In this document: piece by piece, positions 59,469 to 64,000 of the stretch
How the letters are laid out: every line of letters begins with the position of its first letter
Numbering within the stretch: position 1 is the first letter of the stretch
Assembly: GCA_042218075.1 (NCBI GenBank)
Contig: JBDGRK010000018.1
Location: 50,224-114,223, forward strand
Direction of reading: 5' to 3'
Origin: Candidatus Nanohaloarchaea archaeon
GTDB taxonomy: Archaea > Nanohalarchaeota > Nanosalinia > Nanosalinales > Nanosalinaceae
Length of the DNA stretch: 64,000 nucleotides
Made by a program: the position numbers and the translations under genes
Notes under the pieces: generated by a model
What the model was told of the DNA's origin: nothing
Database searches by the model: none
What the model saw: the letters and a program-made list of their open reading frames with translations, nothing else

Positions 59469-59939
59469 ATGAGAATAGAAACTCTCTTCCTGGCACTAGT
59501 TATTGTGGCTTCAGGATGTTTACATGCTGCTCCAGGCACAGCAGAGCCAGATCAAACATCCGATTCAGGGACTAAAAACCCACAGAACGGGAATACCCAG
59601 ACAGCTACCGGAAATAATTCAGGCAGTGGAACTAACACGGTATACTACACTTCTTCAGGCTTCCAGCCCTCAACCATCACAATCCAGCAGGGCGAGACGG
59701 TAACCTGGGTCAACAACGCTTCAGCCTCGATGTGGGTGGGATCGAACAGGCATCCTACACACACTCGGTACGCTGGAACATCCCTTAGAGAGCACTGCCA
59801 GAACGGAGACCAGATTTCAAGTGCGTTCGACCAGTGCTCCACGGGAGACAGGTTCAGCTTCACGTTCGAAAGAACGGGAGAGTGGGGATACCACAACCAC
59901 AAGAACTTTGTGCACAAAGGCACTGTAGTCGTCGAGTAA
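59469..59939 (+). CDS. Cupredoxin-fold (halocyanin-like) lipoprotein
   Basis: ASGC lipobox; FQPSTITIQQGETVTWVN; FTFERTGEWGYHNH. Confidence 0.8.
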   Translation: MRIETLFLALVIVASGCLHAAPGTAEPDQTSDSGTKNPQNGNTQTATGNNSGSGTNTVYYTSSGFQPSTITIQQGETVTWVNNASASMWVGSNRHPTHTRYAGTSLREHCQNGDQISSAFDQCSTGDRFSFTFERTGEWGYHNHKNFVHKGTVVVE

Positions 59940-60830
59940 CTATCTTACCAGTAAAACGCCAGCTATGATCATACTGGAGGCGATGAATTTCTGGAAAACT
60001 TTCCATTTTCCAGTGTCTTCCTCTATGAAGCCCGGCCGGAAAAGACCTATTAACGTCGCTCCCATGAAAACCAGCATGCCGTTAAGCTTCAAAATTGCGG
60101 AGGCCTTTGCCGCAGGACCAAGGGATATAGCCACTGTGTACGCAAGAAAGCCGAAAGACCTCAGGCTTCCGACTCCCAGCATGTGGGATTGACCTTTAAA
60201 CTCATTAAACGCAAACTTATTTCTCCGGGTTAAGAATATCACGGATAGGGAAAAAATTACGCCGCCCGCACCCATCCAGAGAAGAGCCGACCAGAGATCA
60301 TAGCTTTGAGTGGCAAACTCTATCATCGTGTCACGGAATGCAATCAGTAAGGCAATTCCCACCGCGAGAATCGTTCCTATTTCTGAATGTAACTCCAAAA
60401 GATCGTTTAGCGGATTCTCCAGCGATATAAGTATTGAGCCAGAGACAGCCAGAAACATTCCCAGGTACTCGATTATCGAGAACTTCTGTCCCAGTAAGAA
60501 AAACGACATGATCGCTAGAAAAATAGTGTTAAGTGCGATAGTTGGGATGAAACGTGAAGCTTCTTCCTCGCTCAATCCCCTGAGGTATAGGATCAGTATA
60601 ACGCTGTAAAGTGCGCCGGCGGAGAAAGATGCTACAGAGAAGAGCCCGGAGAAGATTATATTCCCACGATAAACACCCAGGGCAATAAATAGAAGAAAGA
60701 AAGGCAAACCGAAGACCGATCCCGCAAACAGGTGATCATCTATCTCTATATCCAGGTAATGCTTGGAGAGAAGACTGGCGGAGGCAAAAATAAGAGCTGC
60801 AAGCACAGCAAAGAAAAGGTAAACCTCCAT
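59940..60830 (-). CDS. EamA/DMT-family transporter
   Basis: About 10 TM segments in two repeats. Confidence 0.8.
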   Translation of the reverse strand: MEVYLFFAVLAALIFASASLLSKHYLDIEIDDHLFAGSVFGLPFFLLFIALGVYRGNIIFSGLFSVASFSAGALYSVILILYLRGLSEEEASRFIPTIALNTIFLAIMSFFLLGQKFSIIEYLGMFLAVSGSILISLENPLNDLLELHSEIGTILAVGIALLIAFRDTMIEFATQSYDLWSALLWMGAGGVIFSLSVIFLTRRNKFAFNEFKGQSHMLGVGSLRSFGFLAYTVAISLGPAAKASAILKLNGMLVFMGATLIGLFRPGFIEEDTGKWKVFQKFIASSMIIAGVLLVR

Positions 60831-60916
60831 ATTCGAAAAATCGCTGTTATAATTAATAAAACAGTCTTGTGAATTCTATCTTGAAAAACTTGAAAACGGA
60901 TCGAAAAGGTCATAAC

Positions 60917-61327
60917 ATGCTGAAGGAAAGGTTCAGAGCTGTCAGGGAAAACTTCAACAAGATGGCTTTTGGAAGCCTGATATTTTGTGCTGGATGGACC
61001 CTGGCATCGTTCCACGCACTCAAGGGAAACCTATGGGGAGTCTACATCTACATACTTGCGATGTTCGCTGGCTTCAAGATAGCGAGAGACGGAGATAACG
61101 GCATCAAGACACTGGACAGTGAGGATATCAGGAAACTGAAGAAGGGAGGAACGATCATAATTGATACAGTGCTGCTAGGTACAGGTTTCGTAATATTTTC
61201 GTACGGATACCTTACACAGTTCGAGGCGATCCTTAACTCCAGTCTCCTGATGAGTTTAAAATCTGCATTATACCTGATGATAGGATACGGTGTGGCACAC
61301 TATGGATTCACAAATGTTCCCTGGTAG
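60917..61327 (+). CDS. 4-TM membrane protein (pair B, gene 1)
   Basis: C-terminal GYGVAHYG, similar to 55429-55833. Confidence 0.7.
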   Translation: MLKERFRAVRENFNKMAFGSLIFCAGWTLASFHALKGNLWGVYIYILAMFAGFKIARDGDNGIKTLDSEDIRKLKKGGTIIIDTVLLGTGFVIFSYGYLTQFEAILNSSLLMSLKSALYLMIGYGVAHYGFTNVPW

Positions 61328-61714
61328 TTTAGACAAAGAATACCTGGAGGAATTTGCGGTCGGAGCAGGAAGCTTCGTTATATCAAGCACAGCGATGGTT
61401 ATCGGCTTTAACCTGCTGAGACAGGGACAGCTTTACGGAGCTTTTTTCGAGGCCTGTATAGCGTGGAGCGGATACATGCTGGGACATTACTCTCTTACAG
61501 GATCCTATATAGACGACAAGAGGAGTGAGATTGAGAAACCTGAGCTGAAAAGCATTCCCGGTCTTATCTCGGGAAGCTTGATATTCCTGACAGGTATAAT
61601 AGCTTCCATAATGACCCTGAGCCGTACCGGTTACCTCGCACCTTTCTTCTCTCTAATGATGTTTTCACGGGTTACATGATCATCCATTATGAAATGATGG
61701 GAGAGTTTCTGTGA
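61314..61714 (+). CDS. 4-TM membrane protein (pair B, gene 2), 1-nt frameshift at ~61663
   Basis: WSGYMLGHYSLTG; adding one T gives FFTGYMIIHYEMMGEFL*. Confidence 0.65.
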
Positions 61715-61774
61715 AATACCGGGTGAACTCGGGGTAAGTCAAAGAATAATAAACTCGACCACCGAGCAACAAGT

Positions 61775-62995
61775 ATGAGCGAACTTGAAGACGCCCAAGG
61801 CAACCTGGAGGAAGCACTGAAATCTATAGGTAAAGCAGAATACTACGAAAGATTGAAGGACCCCGAGAGGTTTGTAGAAGTCAACTTCCCCGTGGAGATG
61901 GATGGCGGTGAGAAGAAAATCTTCAAGGGTTTCCGGTCCCAGCACTCGACTGTAAGAGGCCCTGGAAAGGGAGGAATCCGATTCTCTACGGATGTGAACG
62001 AGGAAGAGGTCAAGGCTCTATCGCTCTGGATGAGCCTCAAGTGCGCTGTCGCAGATATTCCCTTTGGAGGGGCCAAGGGTGGAGTGGTAGTTGATCCCTC
62101 CGAGCTTTCTGAAGCGGAGGAGCAGAGGCTTTCAAGGCGCTATATTGACGCGATAGCGGAAATAATAGGCGAAAACAGGGATGTACCCGCGCCGGACATG
62201 AACACCTCGAGTGATCACATGGCCTGGATGATGGACGAGTACTCCGAGGACAACCGCGAACACGTACCTGGAGTGATAACCGGGAAACCGGTGGAAGCCT
62301 TCGGTAGTGAAGGTCGAGCTGAAGCGACCGGATACGGAGCAGTGTATGTGATTGAAAAACTGATCGAGGAAGAGGAACTTGACCCAGAAGAACTTACTGC
62401 AGCGGTACAGGGCTTTGGTAACGCCGCGGCTCCAGCGGTGGAAAAACTGGATGATATGGGAGTGAAGGTTGTAGCTGTCTCGGACTCTTCCGGCGCAACC
62501 TACAACGAGTACGGCTTCTCTTACCGCGAGCTAAAAGAATGCAGGAGCGAGCACGGAACAGTATGCAAGATAGGAGAAAACATAGAAAACTCAGAACTTC
62601 TGGAGCTTGATGTCGACTTCCTGATTCCTGCGGCGATAGAGGGCGTGATAACGGAAGAGAACGCTGATGAAATCAAGGCCGACTTCATTGTCGAGGTAGC
62701 GAATGGACCCACAACGAGGGAAGCAGATGAGATACTGGATGAGAAAGGAGTAAAGATGATACCCGATATTCTGGCAAACTCGGGCGGAGTCACCGTCAGC
62801 TACTACGAGTGGGTTCAGAACCGCTCCGGAGAGTACTGGGACAGAGAGAAAGTGCTGGAAAAGCTCAGGGAAAACATCCAGAAAGCCTACCTGAAGTTCC
62901 GCGAGAAGAGAGACGAGGAAGAAGTCTACGGTCGGAAGGCTGCTTACATGATCGGTGCGGAGAAGATCGTAGAAGCTATGGAGGTGAGGAGATGA
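61775..62995 (+). CDS. gdhA: Glutamate dehydrogenase
   Basis: GKGGIRF, GGAKGG, VPAPDM, QGFGN, NSGGVTVSYYEW. Confidence 0.95.
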   Translation: MSELEDAQGNLEEALKSIGKAEYYERLKDPERFVEVNFPVEMDGGEKKIFKGFRSQHSTVRGPGKGGIRFSTDVNEEEVKALSLWMSLKCAVADIPFGGAKGGVVVDPSELSEAEEQRLSRRYIDAIAEIIGENRDVPAPDMNTSSDHMAWMMDEYSEDNREHVPGVITGKPVEAFGSEGRAEATGYGAVYVIEKLIEEEELDPEELTAAVQGFGNAAAPAVEKLDDMGVKVVAVSDSSGATYNEYGFSYRELKECRSEHGTVCKIGENIENSELLELDVDFLIPAAIEGVITEENADEIKADFIVEVANGPTTREADEILDEKGVKMIPDILANSGGVTVSYYEWVQNRSGEYWDREKVLEKLRENIQKAYLKFREKRDEEEVYGRKAAYMIGAEKIVEAMEVRR

Positions 62996-63651
62996 ATGCA
63001 GCGGGTAAGTGTCCGCCTGAGAGAAGAGAATTCAGTCAACTGAAGCAGAGAAGTTTCGGGAGAGCCGAACTCTACCTTGAGAGGGAACACCTGGATAACT
63101 TCGAGAAATCCCTGAGAAACTGTGAAAGAGCTGAGGCAGAGATAGTATCCATCCATACCCCGCACGTGACTTCGAGGGAACTGGATTACTTCAGGAAGGC
63201 GGACGAAATGGCCTCAAGACTCAATGCAGAGCTAGTTGTCCACAGCCAGTACCTCCACCACGTCAATATTCCGTTTGTGGAGGAAAATATTGAATTTGAA
63301 TCTGACTACGGTTACGAGAACAACCCCGGTATTTCAGTGCGTGCAATCGAGAGCCTGATAGTTGAGAGAGGGTACAGCCTGGTGCTGGATACCGCCCACC
63401 TTTTTATGGCGGTGGAAGACTACCTGGAAAAAATGCGGTACATCCTCGATAGTTACGGTGAGAGGATTGAAGTTTTACACGTCAGCGATTCCACGAGGAG
63501 GAAGGATGGGAAAGCTTTCGGAGAGGGAGAGATGGATATGGAGAAGGTTTGTAGGATGGTGAAAGATTCAGGCTTTGAAGGCGAAATAGTGCTGGAGGTA
63601 ATGCCCGGACATCAGAAAGAGGCTCTGGAAAAGTGGAACAACTACACCTAG
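62992..63651 (+). CDS. Sugar phosphate isomerase/epimerase (xylose isomerase-like TIM barrel)
   Basis: SIH, VVH, YEN, LDTAH, HVSD, VLE metal ligands. Confidence 0.8.
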   Translation: MNAAGKCPPERREFSQLKQRSFGRAELYLEREHLDNFEKSLRNCERAEAEIVSIHTPHVTSRELDYFRKADEMASRLNAELVVHSQYLHHVNIPFVEENIEFESDYGYENNPGISVRAIESLIVERGYSLVLDTAHLFMAVEDYLEKMRYILDSYGERIEVLHVSDSTRRKDGKAFGEGEMDMEKVCRMVKDSGFEGEIVLEVMPGHQKEALEKWNNYT

Positions 63652-63665
63652 TGAGAATTTCTCAC

Positions 63666-63680
63666 CCTTTATAAGTTTTA
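63666..63680 (+). promoter_or_regulatory. Putative TATA box of the rRNA operon
   Basis: TTTTATAAG about 245 nt upstream of 16S. Confidence 0.4.
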
Positions 63681-63917
63681 ACTGTGATGTTTAGGATGCT
63701 CGCTACGCTGAGTATGCGGGCGTAAAGCCTGAGAGGGCGAGATGAGCGCATGTTTTATTTTTGCGTGATGCAGGAGAGACGGACCCGGAAACGTATTTAT
63801 TGCGTTTCCATTGCATGTAGCACAAGTTTTTGGCGGTTCGGCGATAGGGATATCGCCGTCCGAGAAGATCTTTGATCTTCGACTATCCCGTCCAACCCGA
63901 CTGAGAGATTGTCGGCA

Positions 63918-64000
63918 ATTCCGGTTGATCCTGCCGGAGGCTACTGCTATCGGAGTCCGATTTAGCCATGCTAGTCCACCGATTCGTTCGGGGCGGATAG
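63918..64000 (+). rRNA. rrs: 16S rRNA 5' end (partial)
   Basis: ATTCCGGTTGATCCTGCCGG, the archaeal 16S start. Confidence 0.97.

Overview
Core-genome segment of a small-genome halophilic archaeon. The strongly acidic proteome, split rpoB''/rpoB' and rpoA'/rpoA'', compact operons and archaeal 16S 5' end are most consistent with Nanohaloarchaeota (DPANN); this assignment is an inference. The window holds the RNA polymerase/str cluster (EF-2 carries a 534-aa intein), the S13-S4-S11-rpoD-L18e-L13-S9-rpoN cluster, a split citrate-cleavage operon, nine tRNAs (six carry seven introns, three of them in the D-loop) and the start of 16S rRNA. Main observations: (1) the RNase HII gene is interrupted inside its DEAGR|GP motif by a 32-nt stop-containing insert that folds into a bulge-helix-bulge (BHB) motif. 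Canonical BHB cleavage restores the frame exactly, and the gene lies directly upstream of the splicing endonuclease gene. This is a candidate new archaeal mRNA intron. (2) A dispersed family of REP-like palindromes (AGAA-stem-TTCGA, often paired with a second hairpin) occupies tRNA introns, tRNA flanks, operon junctions (forming short bridging ORFs) and the rRNA leader. (3) An array of tRNA-Ser 3'-end copies is separated by these palindromes. All calls come from manual reading; no searches or folding programs were run.
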